Assembly: GCA_002269645.1 (NCBI GenBank)
Contig: NIVC01000962.1
Span: 124,001-188,000 of the forward strand
From: Macrostomum lignano
Lineage: Eukaryota
Direction of reading: 5' to 3'
DNA: 64,000 nt
The notes below the pieces were generated by a model, which saw only the letters and a program-made list of their open reading frames with translations, was not told the origin of the DNA and did not search any database. How positions within the stretch are numbered: the stretch's first letter is position 1; the number at the start of each line of letters is the position of its first letter. The translations under genes were made by a program, and so were the position numbers. This document shows, piece after piece, positions 32,401-46,115 of this stretch.

Positions 32401-35400
32401 CATTCTCGGCACTAAACTTTCTCGGCGGCTCTGAGAGCCAGAGCCTCAAACAGACAGAGAAATCTGTTCGAGTTGTGTCTGTAGGTTAGGTGGACCAGCT
32501 ATTCTACAGCACTTCTAGGCGATAATCCGAGCCAGGAATCTCCGAGAGCCTCTCGTTACACATCCAGATGTTCTGCCTTGATGCTGGACTAGCTCACTTT
32601 CTAAGAATCTGTTCTGATTGCATTCTAACAAACTGAAGCATTCTCGCACTAAATTTTCTCGGCGGCTCTGAGAGCCAGAGCCTCAAACAGACAGAAATCT
32701 GTTCGAGTTGTGTCTGTAGGTTAGGTGGACCAGCTATTCTACAGCACTTCTAGGCGATAATCCGAGCCAGGAATCTCCGAGAGCTCTCGTTACACATCCA
32801 GATGTTCTGCCTTGATGCTGGACTAGCTCACTTTCTAGGAATCTGTTCTGATTGCATTCTAACAAACTGAAGCATTCTCGGCACTAAACTTTCTCGGCGG
32901 CTCTGAGAGCCAGAGCCTCAACAGACAGAGAAATCTGTTCGAGTTGTGTCTGTAGGTTAGGTGGACCAGCTATTCTATAGCACTTCTAGGCGATAATCTG
33001 AGCCAGGAATCTCCGAGAGCCTCTCGTTACACATCCAGATGTTCTGCCTTGATGCTGGACTAGCTCACTTTCTAGGAATCTGTTCTGATTGCATTCTAAC
33101 AAACTGAAGCATTTTCTGCACTAAACTTTCTCGGCGGCTCTAAGAGCCAGAGCCTAAACAGACAGAGAAATCTGCTCGAGTTGTGTCTGTAGGTTAGGTG
33201 GACCACCTTCTGAGAGACAAAGCCTCAAACAGACTGAGAGAGCTGCTTCAGTTCTGTCTGTAGGTTATGTGGACCATTTAAGAGCCAGAGCCTCAAACAG
33301 ACAGAGAAATCTGTTCGAGTTGTGTCTGTAGGTTAGGTGGACCAGCTATTCTACAGCACTTCTAGGCGATAATCCGAGCAGGAATCTCTAAGAACCTCTC
33401 GTTACGCATCCAGATGTTCTGCCTTGATGCTGGACTAGCTCACTTTCTAGGAATCTGTTCTGATTGCATTCTAACAAACTGAAGCATTCTCGGCACTAAA
33501 CTTTCTCGGCGGCTCTAAGAGCCAGAGCCTCAAACAGACAGAGAAATCTGTTCGAGTTGTGTCTGTAAGTTAGATGGACCAGCTATTCTACAGCACTTCT
33601 AGGCGATAATCTGAGCCAGGAATCTCCGAGAGCCTCTTCGTTACACATCCAGATGTTCTGCCTTGATGCTGGACTAGCTCACTTTCTAGGAATCTGTTCT
33701 GATTGCATTCTAACAAACTGAAGCATTCTCGGCAACAAAAAATTCTCGGCGGCTCTGAGAGCCAGAGCCTCAAACAGACAGAGAAATCTGTTCGAGTTGT
33801 GTCTGTAGGTTAGGTGGACCAGCTACTCCACAGCACTTCTAGGCGATAATCTGAGCCAGGAATCTCCGAGAGCCTCTCGTTACACATCCAGATGTTCTGC
33901 CTTGATGCTGGACTAGCTCACTTTCTAGGAATCTGTTCTGATTGCATTCTAACAAACTGAAGCATTCTCGGCACTAAACTTTCTCGGCGGCTCTGAGAGC
34001 CAGAGCCTCAAACAGACAGAGAAATCTGTTCGAGTTGTGTCTGTAGGTTAGGTGGACCAGCTACTCCACAGCACTTCTAGGCGATAATCTGAGCCAGGAA
34101 TCTTCAAGAGACTTTCGTTACACATCCAGATGTTCTGCCTTGATGCTGGACTAGCTCACTTTCTAGGAATCTGTTCTGATTGCATTCTAACAAACTGAAG
34201 CATTCTCGGCACTAAATTTCTCGGCGGTTCTGAGAGCCAGAGCCTCAAACAGACAGAGAAATCTGTTCGAGTTGTGTCTGTAGGTTAGGTGGACCAGCTA
34301 TTCTACAGCACTTCTAGGCGATAATCGAGCCAGGAATCTCCGAGAGCCTCTCGTTACACATCCAGATGTTCTGCCTTGATGCTGGACTAGCTCACTTTCT
34401 AAGAATCTGTTCTGATTGCATTCTAACAAACTGAAGCATTCTCGCACTAAATTTTCTCGGCGGCTCTGAGAGCCAGAGCCTCAAACAGACAGAAATCTGT
34501 TCGAGTTGTGTCTGTAGGTTAGGTGGACCAGCTATTCTACAGCACTTCTAGGCGATAATCCGAGCCAGGAATCTCCGAGAGCCTCTCGTTACACATCCAG
34601 ATGTTCTGCCTTGATGCTGGACTAGCTCACTTTCTAGGAATCTGTTCTGATTGCATTCTAACAAACTGAAGCATTCTCGGCACTAAACTTTCTCGGCGGC
34701 TCTGAGAGCCAGAGCCCTAAACAGACAGAGAAATCTGTTCGAGTTGTGTCTGTAGGTTAGGTGGACCAGCTACTGAGAGCCAAAGCCTCAAACAGACTGA
34801 GAGAGCTGCTTCAGTTCTGTCTGTAGGTTATGTGGACCACCTAATAGCCAGAGCTCTAAACAGACAGAGAAATCTGTTCGAGTTGTGTCTGTAGGTTAGG
34901 TGGACCAGCTATTCTATAGCACTTCTAGGCGATAATCTGAGCCAGGAATCTCCGAGAGCCTCTCGTTACACATCCAGATGTTCTGCCTTGATGCTGGACT
35001 AGCTCACTTTCTAGGAATCTGTTCTGATTGCATTCTAACAAACTGAAGCATTCTCGGCACTAAACTTTCTCAACGGCTCTGAGAGCCAGAGCCTCAAACA
35101 GACAGAAATCTGTTCGAGTTGTGTCTGTAGGTTAGGTGGACCAGCTACTCCACCGCACTTCTAGGCGATAATCTGAGCCAGGAGTCTTCGAGAGACTTTC
35201 GTTACACATCCAGATGTTCTGCCTTGATGCTGGACTAGCTCACTTTCTAAGAATCTGTTCTGATTGCATTCTAACAAACTGAAGCATTTTCTGCACTAAA
35301 CTTTCTCGGCGGCTCTAAGAGCCAGAGCCTAAACAGACAGAGAAATCTGCTCGAGTTGTGTCTGTAGGTTAGGTGGACCACCTTCTGAGAGACAAAGCCT

Positions 35401-38400
35401 CAAACAGACTGAGAGAGCTGCTTCAGTTCTGTCTGTAGGTTATGTGGACCATTTAAGAGCCAGAGCCTCAAACAGACAGAGAAATCTGTTCGAGTTGTGT
35501 CTGTAGGTTAGGTGGACCAGCTATTCTACAGCACTTCTAGGCGATAATCCGAGCCAGGAATCTCTAAGAGCCTCTCGTTACGCATCCAGATGTTCTGCCT
35601 TGATGCTGGACTAGCTCACTTTCTAGGAATCTGTTCTGATTGCATTCTAACAAACTGAAGCATTCTCGGCACTAAACTTTCTCGGCGGCTCTAAGAGCCA
35701 GAGCCTCAAACAGACAGAGAAATCTGTTCGAGTTGTGTCTGTAAGTTAGATGGACCAGCTATTCTACAGCACTTCTAGGCGATAATCTGAGCCAGGAATC
35801 TCCGAGAGCCTCTCGTTACACATCCAGATGTTCTGCCTTGATGCTGGACTAGCTCACTTTCTAGGAATCTGTTCTGATTGCATTCTAACAAACTGAAGCA
35901 TTCTCGGCAACAAAAAATTCTCGGCGGCTCTGAGAGCCAGAGCCTCAAACAGACAGAGAAATCTGTTCGAGTTGTGTCTGTAGGTTATGTGGACCAGCTA
36001 CTCCACAGCACTTCTAGGCGATAATCTGAGCCAGGAATCTCCGAGAGCCTCTCGTTACACATCCAGATGTTCTGCCTTGATGCTGGACTAGCTCACTTTC
36101 TAGGAATCTGTTCTGATTGCATTCTAACAAACTGAAGCATTCTCGGCACTAAACTTTCTCGGCGGCTCTGAGAGCCAGAGCCTCAAACAGACAGAGAAAT
36201 CTGTTCGAGTTGTGTCTGTAGGTTAGGTGGACCAGCTACTCCACAGCACTTCTAGGCGATAATCTGAGCCAGGAATCTTCAAGAGACTTTCGTTACACAT
36301 CCAGATGTTCTGCCTTGATGCTGGACTAGCTCACTTTCTAGGAATCTGTTCTGATTGCATTCTAACAAACTGAAGCATTCTCGGCACTAAATTTTCTCGG
36401 CGGTTCTGAGAGCCAGAGCCTCAAACAGACAGAGAAATCTGTTCGAGTTGTGTCTGTAGGTTAGGTGGACCAGCTATTCTACAGCACTTCTAGGCGATAA
36501 TCCGAGCCAGGAATCTCCGAGAGCCTCTCGTTACACATCCAGATGTTCTGCCTTGATGCTGGACTAGCTCACTTTCTAAGAATCTGTTCTGATTGCATTC
36601 TAACAAACTGAAGCATTCTCGGCACTAAATTTTCTCGGCGGCTCTGAGAGCCAGAGCCTCAAACAGACAGAAATCTGTTCGAGTTGTGTCTGTAGGTTAG
36701 GTGGACCAGCTATTCTACAGCACTTCTAGGCGATAATCCGAGCCAGGAATCTCCGAGAGCCTCTCGTTACACATCCAGATGTTCTGCCTTGATGCTGGAC
36801 TAGCTCACTTTCTAGGAATCTGTTCTGATTGCATTCTAACAAACTGAAGCATTCTCGGCACTAAACTTTCTCGGCGGCTCTGAGAGCCAGAGCCCTAAAC
36901 AGACAGAGAAATCTGTTCGAGTTGTGTCTGTAGGTTAGGTGGACCAGCTACTGAGAGCCAAAGCCTCAAACAGACTGAGAGAGCTGCTTCAGTTCTGTCT
37001 GTAGGTTATGTGGACCACCTAATAGCCAGAGCTCTAAACAGACAGAGAAATCTGTTCGAGTTGTGTCTGTAGGTTAGGTGGACCAGCTATTCTATAGCAC
37101 TTCTAGGCGATAATCTGAGCCAGGAATCTCCGAGAGCCTCTCGTTACACATCCAGATGTTCTGCCTTGATGCTGGACTAGCTCACTTTCTAGGAATCTGT
37201 TCTGATTGCATTCTAACAAACTGAAGCATTCTCGGCACTAAACTTTCTCAACGGCTCTGAGAGCCAGAGCCTCAAACAGACAGAAATCTGTTCGAGTTGT
37301 GTCTGTAGGTTAGGTGGACCAGCTACTCCACCGCACTTCTAGGCGATAATCTGAGCCAGGAGTCTTCGAGAGACTTTCGTTACACATCCAGATGTTCTGC
37401 CTTGATGCTGGACTAGCTCACTTTCTAAGAATCTGTTCTGATTGCATTCTAACAAACTGAAGCATTTTCTGCACTAAACTTTCTCGGCGGCTCTAAGAGC
37501 CAGAGCCTAAACAGACAGAGAAATCTGCTCGAGTTGTGTCTGTAGGTTAGGTGGACCACCTTCTGAGAGACAAAGCCTCAAACAGACTGAGAGAGCTGCT
37601 TCAGTTCTGTCTGTAGGTTATGTGGACCATTTAAGAGCCAGAGCCTCAAACAGACAGAGAAATCTGTTCGAGTTGTGTCTGTAGGTTAGGTGGACCAGCT
37701 ATTCTACAGCACTTCTAGGCGATAATCCGAGCCAGGAATCTCTAAGAGCCTCTCGTTACGCATCCAGATGTTCTGCCTTGATGCTGGACTAGCTCACTTT
37801 CTAGGAATCTGTTCTGATTGCATTCTAACAAACTGAAGCATTCTCGGCAACAAAAAATTCTCGGCGGCTCTGAGAGCCAGAGCCTCAAACAGACAGAGAA
37901 ATCTGTTCGAGTTGAGTCTGTAGGTTAGGTGGACCAGCTACTCCACAGCACTTCTAGGCGATAATCTGAGCCAGGAATCTCCGAGAGCCTCTCGTTACAC
38001 ATCCAGATGTTCTGCCTTGATGCTGGACTAGCTCACTTTCTAGGAATCTGTTCTGATTGCATTCTAACAAACTGAAGCATTCTCGGCACTAAACTTTCTC
38101 GGCGGCTCTGAGAGCCAGAGCCTCAAACAGACAGAGAAATCTGTTCGAGTTGTGTCTGTAGGTTAGGTGGACCAGCTACTCCACAGCACTTCTAGGCGAT
38201 AATCTGAGCCAGGAATCTTCAAGAGACTTTCGTTACACATCCAGATGTTCTGCCTTGATGCTGGACTAGCTCACTTTCTAGGAATCTGTTCTGATTGCAT
38301 TCTAACAAACTGAAGCATTCTCGGCACTAAATTTTCTCGGCGGTTCTGAGAGCCAGAGCCTCAAACAGACAGAGAAATCTGTTCGAGTTGTGTCTGTAGG

Positions 38401-41205
38401 TTAGGTGGACCAGCTATTCTACAGCACTTCTAGGCGATAATCCGAGCCAGGAATCTCCGAGAGCCTCTCGTTACACATCCAGATGTTCTGCCTTGATGCT
38501 GGACTAGCTCACTTTCTAAGAATCTGTTCTGATTGCATTCTAACAAACTGAAGCATTCTCGGCACTAAATTTTCTCGGCGGCTCTGAGAGCCAGAGCCTC
38601 AAACAGACAGAAATCTGTTCGAGTTGTGTCTGTAGGTTAGGTGGACCAGCTATTCTACAGCACTTCTAGGCGATAATCCGAGCCAGGAATCTCCGAGAGC
38701 CTCTCGTTACACATCCAGATGTTCTGCCTTGATGCTGGACTAGCTCACTTTCTAGGAATCTGTTCTGATTGCATTCTAACAAACTGAAGCATTCTCGGCA
38801 CTAAACTTTCTCGGCGGCTCTGAGAGCCAGAGCCCTAAACAGACAGAGAAATCTGTTCGAGTTGTGTCTGTAGGTTAGGTGGACCAGCTACTGAGAGCCA
38901 AAGCCTCAAACAGACTGAGAGAGCTGCTTCAGTTCTGTCTGTAGGTTATGTGGACCACCTAATAGCCAGAGCTCTAAACAGACAGAGAAATCTGTTCGAG
39001 TTGTGTCTGTAGGTTAGGTGGACCAGCTATTCTATAGCACTTCTAGGCGATAATCTGAGCCAGGAATCTCCGAGAGCCTCTCGTTACACATCCAGATGTT
39101 CTGCCTTGATGCTGGACTAGCTCACTTTCTAGGAATCTGTTCTGATTGCATTCTAACAAACTGAAGCATTCTCGGCACTAAACTTTCTCAACGGCTCTGA
39201 GAGCCAGAGCCTCAAACAGACAGAAATCTGTTCGAGTTGTGTCTGTAGGTTAGGTGGACCAGCTACTCCACCGCACTTCTAGGCGATAATCTGAGCCAGG
39301 AGTCTTCGAGAGACTTTCGTTACACATCCAGATGTTCTGCCTTGATGCTGGACTAGCTCACTTTCTAAGAATCTGTTCTGATTGCATTCTAACAAACTGA
39401 AGCATTTTCTGCACTAAACTTTCTCGGCGGCTCTAAGAGCCAGAGCCTAAACAGACAGAGAAATCTGCTCGAGTTGTGTCTGTAGGTTAGGTGGACCACC
39501 TTCTGAGAGACAAAGCCTCAAACAGACTGAGAGAGCTGCTTCAGTTCTGTCTGTAGGTTATGTGGACCATTTAAGAGCCAGAGCCTCAAACAGACAGAGA
39601 AATCTGTTCGAGTTGTGTCTGTAGGTTAGGTGGACCAGCTATTCTACAGCACTTCTAGGCGATAATCCGAGCCAGGAATCTCTAAGAGCCTCTCGTTACG
39701 CATCCAGATGTTCTGCCTTGATGCTGGACTAGCTCACTTTCTAGGAATCTGTTCTGATTGCATTCTAACAAACTGAAGCATTCTCGGCAACAAAAAATTC
39801 TCGGCGGCTCTGAGAGCCAGAGCCTCAAACAGACAGAGAAATCTGTTCGAGTTGAGTCTGTAGGTTAGGTGGACCAGCTACTCCACAGCACTTCTAGGCG
39901 ATAATCTGAGCCAGGAATCTCCGAGAGCCTCTCGTTACACATCCAGATGTTCTGCCTTGATGCTGGACTAGCTCACTTTCTAGGAATCTGTTCTGATTGC
40001 ATTCTAACAAACTGAAGCATTCTCGGCACTAAACTTTCTCGGCGGCTCTGAGAGCCAGAGCCTCAAACAGACAGAGAAATCTGTTCGAGTTGTGTCTGTA
40101 GGTTAGGTGGACCAGCTACTCCACAGCACTTCTAGGCGATAATCTGAGCCAGGAATCTTCAAGAGACTTTCGTTACACATCCAGATGTTCTGCCTTGATG
40201 CTGGACTAGCTCACTTTCTAGGAATCTGTTCTGATTGCATTCTAACAAACTGAAGCATTCTCGGCACTAAATTTTCTCGGCGGTTCTGAGAGCCAGAGCC
40301 TCAAACAGACAGAGAAATCTGTTCGAGTTGTGTCTGTAGGTTAGGTGGACCAGCTATTCTACAGCACTTCTAGGCGATAATCCGAGCCAGGAATCTCCGA
40401 GAGCCTCTCGTTACACATCCAGATGTTCTGCCTTGATGCTGGACTAGCTCACTTTCTAAGAATCTGTTCTGATTGCATTCTAACAAACTGAAGCATTCTC
40501 GGCACTAAATTTTCTCGGCGGCTCTGAGAGCCAGAGCCTCAAACAGACAGAAATCTGTTCGAGTTGTGTCTGTAGGTTAGGTGGACCAGCTATTCTACAG
40601 CACTTCTAGGCGATAATCCGAGCCAGGAATCTCCGAGAGCCTCTCGTTACACATCCAGATGTTCTGCCTTGATGCTGGACTAGCTCACTTTCTAGGAATC
40701 TGTTCTGATTGCATTCTAACAAACTGAAGCATTCTCGGCACTAAACTTTCTCGGCGGCTCTGAGAGCCAGAGCCCTAAACAGACAGAGAAATCTGTTCGA
40801 GTTGTGTCTGTAGGTTAGGTGGACCAGCTACTGAGAGCCAAAGCCTCAAACAGACTGAGAGAGCTGCTTCAGTTCTGTCTGTAGGTTATGTGGACCACCT
40901 AATAGCCAGAGCTCTAAACAGACAGAGAAATCTGTTCGAGTTGTGTCTGTAGGTTAGGTGGACCAGCTATTCTATAGCACTTCTAGGCGATAATCTGAGC
41001 CAGGAATCTCCGAGAGCCTCTCGTTACACATCCAGATGTTCTGCCTTGATGCTGGACTAGCTCACTTTCTAGGAATCTGTTCTGATTGCATTCTAACAAA
41101 CTGAAGCATTCTCGGCACTAAACTTTCTCAACGGCTCTGAGAGCCAGAGCCTCAAACAGACAGAAATCTGTTCGAGTTGTGTCTGTAGGTTAGGTGGACC
41201 AGCTT
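23409..41205. repeat. ~17.8-kb complex satellite: 238-bp monomer plus ~69-bp truncated subunits in higher-order repeats
   Basis: Monomer starts at 23464, 23701, 23939 (237-238 bp). HOR of 849 bp (24313 to 25162) and HOR of 1940 bp (36949, 38889, 40829). Confidence 0.97.
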
Positions 41206-42514
41206 CTCTACAGCAATTGAGTTGCAGGCCTTGCAGCTAGCTACTTTGAGATCATCAAACGAAACTCACTTTTCTGGACTCGGTGTCGACGGATTTGCGA
41301 GCAGACTGATGATTTTCACCAGGCGATGCGGCTTCTTCGATTTCGCAGTGGCTTTTTGCGACGGTGTTTTTTTAGTTTTTATTTTAGGCTTGGCGTCCTT
41401 TTTTGCGGGTCATCATATCTTGGTTGTAGATTACAGTTTTTGGCACAATAAATTTATATATGGATGAAACTTGGAGTAATGATTAACATTAGACCTATTA
41501 AGTATAAAAAACCGTTCTAATTTATACAATTGCAATCCTTTAGAGTTGTATAGTATGGATTATAAGTACTTTCTTTTAAACTGTCTGTGTCTGGTCTCAC
41601 TACGCCATGGTTTACGTGGACCACCCGCTTAGACATTATATATCCCTCTCTCCACTGTCTTACCTTCAGAACGCTTGCGGGTTTCCTATTGGCTGCGGTC
41701 GGTCCCATTGTTGGGGTGGATCTATCCTCCTAAGTGTTAACCAGCCAATTATAGAAAGGGAGGTCTGTCTGTCTGTCTGTTCCAACCCTATACTCCTGCA
41801 CATGTGTTTACGTGGACCAAACAGACAGTGAGTGTTAGGCTGACTTTTAATGCGTTCTTAGTTTTACTGGGACCGCAATCAAGTCGACCTTTTGCTAGAG
41901 AGTCAGAGACCCAATCGCTAGCTAAAAGGCCCTTCTTAATTGCGTCCTGTTGATCAAATCTTTTGCATGTACATGTATGAATTGTCCTTTTCAATTAGGT
42001 AAATTGCATCTTCAACTTTGCACTTGAAAGGCTGCAGCTTAGGATCTTCTTCTTCCAACATTGGAGGAGGATAGAACAGGATATCCCATAGTGTTTAGGA
42101 TAGAATTGGCAAGCACTTAATTCATGAAGTTGCTATTTTCTTCTTGTGTAATGGTAGAGCCTCAGAAATTCGCATTTACACAGTGTGGCTATCAAGGACC
42201 ACTGGGAGTTCTTGAGAAGTCATTGAAGAATACTATTTAGGCTTCACTTAAATATCTTTCTTGTCTCGGAGTCTTTATCGTTTGATCTGGTTAGCGAATT
42301 GGATTTCTTTACGTTGGTGTCTTACTCTGTGAGTCTGTGCTCAGAGTACGATACCGGAATTGCTGGAACTGAGCTAATTAAATGGAGTTTAAAGTTTACT
42401 GTATAAAATTCATTTCGCATACGAGGTTTCAGAATTTTTAATTAACCTGCGTACCTACTTGAATGTCAAAGAACTGAACGCCTATTGTTTTAAAGCCAGT
42501 AGCGGTCATAATAT

Positions 42515-42708
42515 TGTAAGACCGTGGGTTGAATTGCAGAGAATCAAAACGTGAGGAGACCTCACTGGCTCACGCCAATATATTTATTGCCAAAGTTGGG
42601 GTGGGTGTAACCACCCTAAGCACGCACACGCCGCAGCGCTAAACCCCAACCCCCAAACCAGCCAGACGTGCACATCTAAGTGCACGCGCACCAACAAGCC
42701 AGACTACA
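42515..42708 (-). repeat. 3' LTR (194 bp)
   Basis: Identical to 46918-47111; preceded on the - strand by the polypurine tract AGGGGGAAAGTAG (42721-42709). Confidence 0.96.
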
Positions 42709-42744
42709 CTACTTTCCCCCTAGAAGCAAAAGACAGTTCCAGAG

Positions 42745-45700
42745 TCAAGCAAAGCCCGCCATGTACAAGTCAGGTGGCCGCCGTTCTCTCGCCGACCGCC
42801 GCGGAACCGTGACCGGCTCGGCCGGTGCCGCCGGCTGCTCCTCGGGTGCCTCGTCTGCCTGCAGCTCGGGCCAGAAGGTCACCGCGTCGCCGCCAGGATC
42901 GGCCGCCTGCCCGGGCGGCTCAGCGACGGTGCCGTCGTTGTCGAAGTCGGCGGCCGGCGGCTGGTGGTCTGCTGCGGCCGGAAGCTCCAGTGACGCCCGC
43001 CGCTGCACGAAGCACTTGAGGCGGTCGTGGTGCACCACCAGCCGGCGCCTGCGGCCGGTCTCGTCCTGGATGCGGTAATTGACCTCGCCCAGGCGCCTCA
43101 GGACTCGGTACGGCCCCTTCCACTTGGCGCTCAAACACCGCGTCTGGCCGCGCTTGACGACGGAGTTGCGCAGCATCACGAGCTGGCCCTCTTCGAACGG
43201 CACAAACCGAGAGTCCTGGTTGGCCAGCCGGTTGCGCTCGGCCTGGGCGCTCCGCAGTCGGCCGTGCACCGTGTCGAAGGCGCTCTGCAGGTTCTCCTGA
43301 GTCCGCCGCAGGAAGCCGTGATGTCCACCGTCGGCTGCCGGCCGGTCGCCGCTTATCAGCCAGCTGTCGAGATCCAGCCTCGGTGGCCAGCCGTGGAGGA
43401 CCTGGTACGGACTGAGGCCGATGGTGCTGTGCACGGAGGTGTTGTAGGCCCAGGTCACATATGGCAGCTTGCTGTCCCAATCCTGCTGGTTCTCGGCCAC
43501 CGTCGTCGCCAGCATATCGCCGAGCGTCCGGTTGCCTCGCTCGACGATTCCGTTGCCGCTCGGATGAAACGGCGACGTGCGCGTCTTTTCGACGCCCAGC
43601 TTCTCGCAGAGCCGGCCGAACACCTCGCTCTCGAATTGCCGTCCCTGGTCACTGTGCAGCACCTGAGGAGCGCCGTGACGCAGAACCACCGACTTGAGCA
43701 GCGCATCCGCCACCGTAACCGCGTCGATCGCCGCCAGGGCTGCCGTCTCCATCCACTTGGAGAAGGCGTCGCACATGCTCAGGATGTACGCCTTGCCATC
43801 AGTCGTACGCGGAAGCGGCCCTTTGATGTCGATCTGCACCAGCTGCCACGGAGCCGTCGGCTGGCACGTCGACTGCAGCGGCGCCTTCTGCGGCTTGGTT
43901 GGACTCTTCTTGGCCAGGCAGACCGCGCAGCTGGCCACCCAGTTCTCGACGTCCCGTCGCAGACCAGGCCACCAGCAGCGCTCAGACAATCTCGCTCCGG
44001 TCTTGTCGACGCCGAGGTGTCCGCTCTGGTCACACGAGTGCGCCTGCTGCAGGAAATGTGGCCGCAGGTGACCGGGAATGACTGGCCGGCCACCGACCAG
44101 CAGGACTCCCGCCGAGCTCACCGAGGCCTCGTCCAGCAGCTCGCGAACCTGCGCCGCCCATGAATCGGACAGGCTGTCAATCCCTTCGGTCAGCGCCTGG
44201 AACGCCTTGCTCAGCAGCGGATCTTGCAGTTGCTCCTCGTGCAGGCGGCTGTCGTCCCACCGAGGCTGCAGGCGCGTGCCGGCCACCCGGCTCAGCGCAT
44301 CCGGCACGACGTTGTCCATGCCAGGCCGGTACAGCAGCTCGAACGAAAACTGCTGCAGCGTAGAAAGCCATCGCGCCAGCCGACCTTCGGGGTCCTTCGT
44401 TGCCAGCAGACCTTGCAGTGGCCGGTGGTCCGAGTAGACTCTGAAGCTCGGAACACTCAGCAGGTACGTCCTGAAGTGCTTCAAACTCCAGACAAGCGCC
44501 AGCAGCTCGCGGTCGGTCGCCGAGTAGTTGCGCTCGGCCTTGTTGAGGGTGCGAGAGGCGAACGCCACAGGCAGCTCGGCGTCACCGTGCAGCTGGCTGA
44601 GCACCGCGCCGACGGCGAACTGACTGCTGTCGCAGCTGAGCACAAACTGCTTGGTGAAATCTGGCAGCCTCAGCACCGGAGCTGTCGTCAGCCGGTCCTT
44701 CAACTCGCGGAACGCTCGCTCGCAGTCGCTGCTCCACGCGAAGTCCCTCGATTTCACGCTGACGTCGTGCAGGACCCTCGCCGTCTGGCTGAAGCCTGGG
44801 ATGAACCGGCGGTAGAAACCCAGCATTCCAAGAAACCGCTTCACCTCCTCGTTCGTCGTTGGGCTGGGCATGCTGCGAATGACCTCGACCTTGCCGGGAT
44901 CCGGTGCGATGCCCTGCTCGCTGATCAGGTGTCCCAGGTACAGCACCCGGCGATGGCCGAACGCGCTCTTGGCCTTGTGCAGCTTGAGTCCCGCGTCTCG
45001 CAGCCGCTTAAAAACTTCCGCCAGCCTCTCTAAGTGCTCGTCGAACGTCCTGCTGAAGACAATGATGTCGTCGATATAAGTCAGCACGGACTCCCAGGAC
45101 AGGCCGGACATCACCAGCTCCATGAGCCGCTGGAACGTCGCCGGGGCATTGCACATCCCGAAGCCCATCTTGCAGAATTGCATCAGGCCGCGCGTCGAAT
45201 AGAAAGCCGTCTTGTACCGGTCCTCCTCCGCCACCTCCACCTGGTGGTAGCCCTGCCGGCAGTCGATGGTGGAGAACCAGGAGCATCCGACAAGCGCATC
45301 CATGGCCTGCTGCAGGTGCGGCAGCGGGTATGCATCCTTGACCGTGCAGGCGTTGAGCTGCCGCCAGTCCGTGCACAGTCTGATGTCGCCGTTCTTCTTG
45401 CGGACCACCAGCAGGTTGCTGGCCCATGGCGATGTCGACGGTTCGATGATGCCGCTTTCCAGCATCTGACCGATCTTCTTGTCCACCTGGTCTCGCACAG
45501 ACAGCGGCAGCCGGCGCTGGACCTGCCGGTGTGGCCGCGCTCCCGGCTCCAGCTCGATTTGGTGCTGCAGCAACGCCGTCGTGCCCAGGTCGTACTCGTG
45601 CCTGGCGAACAGGTCCTCGTTGCTCTCCAACAGCTGTCGCAGCCTCGCAGCATCCGGTTCGGGCAGCTCCGCGTTGATGTTCCAACCGACGGGGTTCTCC

Positions 45701-46115
45701 TGGCGATGTCGACGGTTCGATGATGCCGCTTTCCAGCATCTGACCGATCTTCTTGTCCACCTGGTCTCGCACAGACAGCGGCAGCCGGCAGCCGGATGCC
45801 GTCCACGACTGTGAAGCGATGGCGCACGCGGATGGTCTGGCCGATCGAAACATCCGCTGCTGACAGGCCAAGGCAGCGCAGCCGGGATCCGTCGACAGCC
45901 GTCGGCAGCGCACCGATGTCGGTGGAGTCGATCTTGCACTGCAGTCTGTCGAACAGCGACTTGTCCATCAACGAAACTTGCGCGCCGGTGTCGAGCAGAG
46001 CAGGCGCTGACACGCTGCCAAAGTGCACCTTCACGAAGACTGAAGGCGCTGATCTGAGGGCCCCTTTTGAGCGGGTCGGTGCTGGCCCCAGGCTGCCGAC
46101 CCTCAGAAGTTTCCC
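42745..46115 (-). pseudogene. Gypsy pol (protease, RT, RNase H, integrase with GPY/F motif), frame broken between PR and RT
   Basis: LLDTGAQVS in frame 45183..46205. YIDDIIVF, CDSSQFAVGAVL, H-H-C-C, IDIKGP, HSDQGRQF, ERGNRTL, WKGPYRV in frame 42745..46215. Disrupted by the duplicated segment 45701-45789. Confidence 0.88.

Noticed and set aside
43027-45723. + strand ORFs over the Gypsy pol
   Set aside because: Antisense shadows of GC-rich coding sequence.
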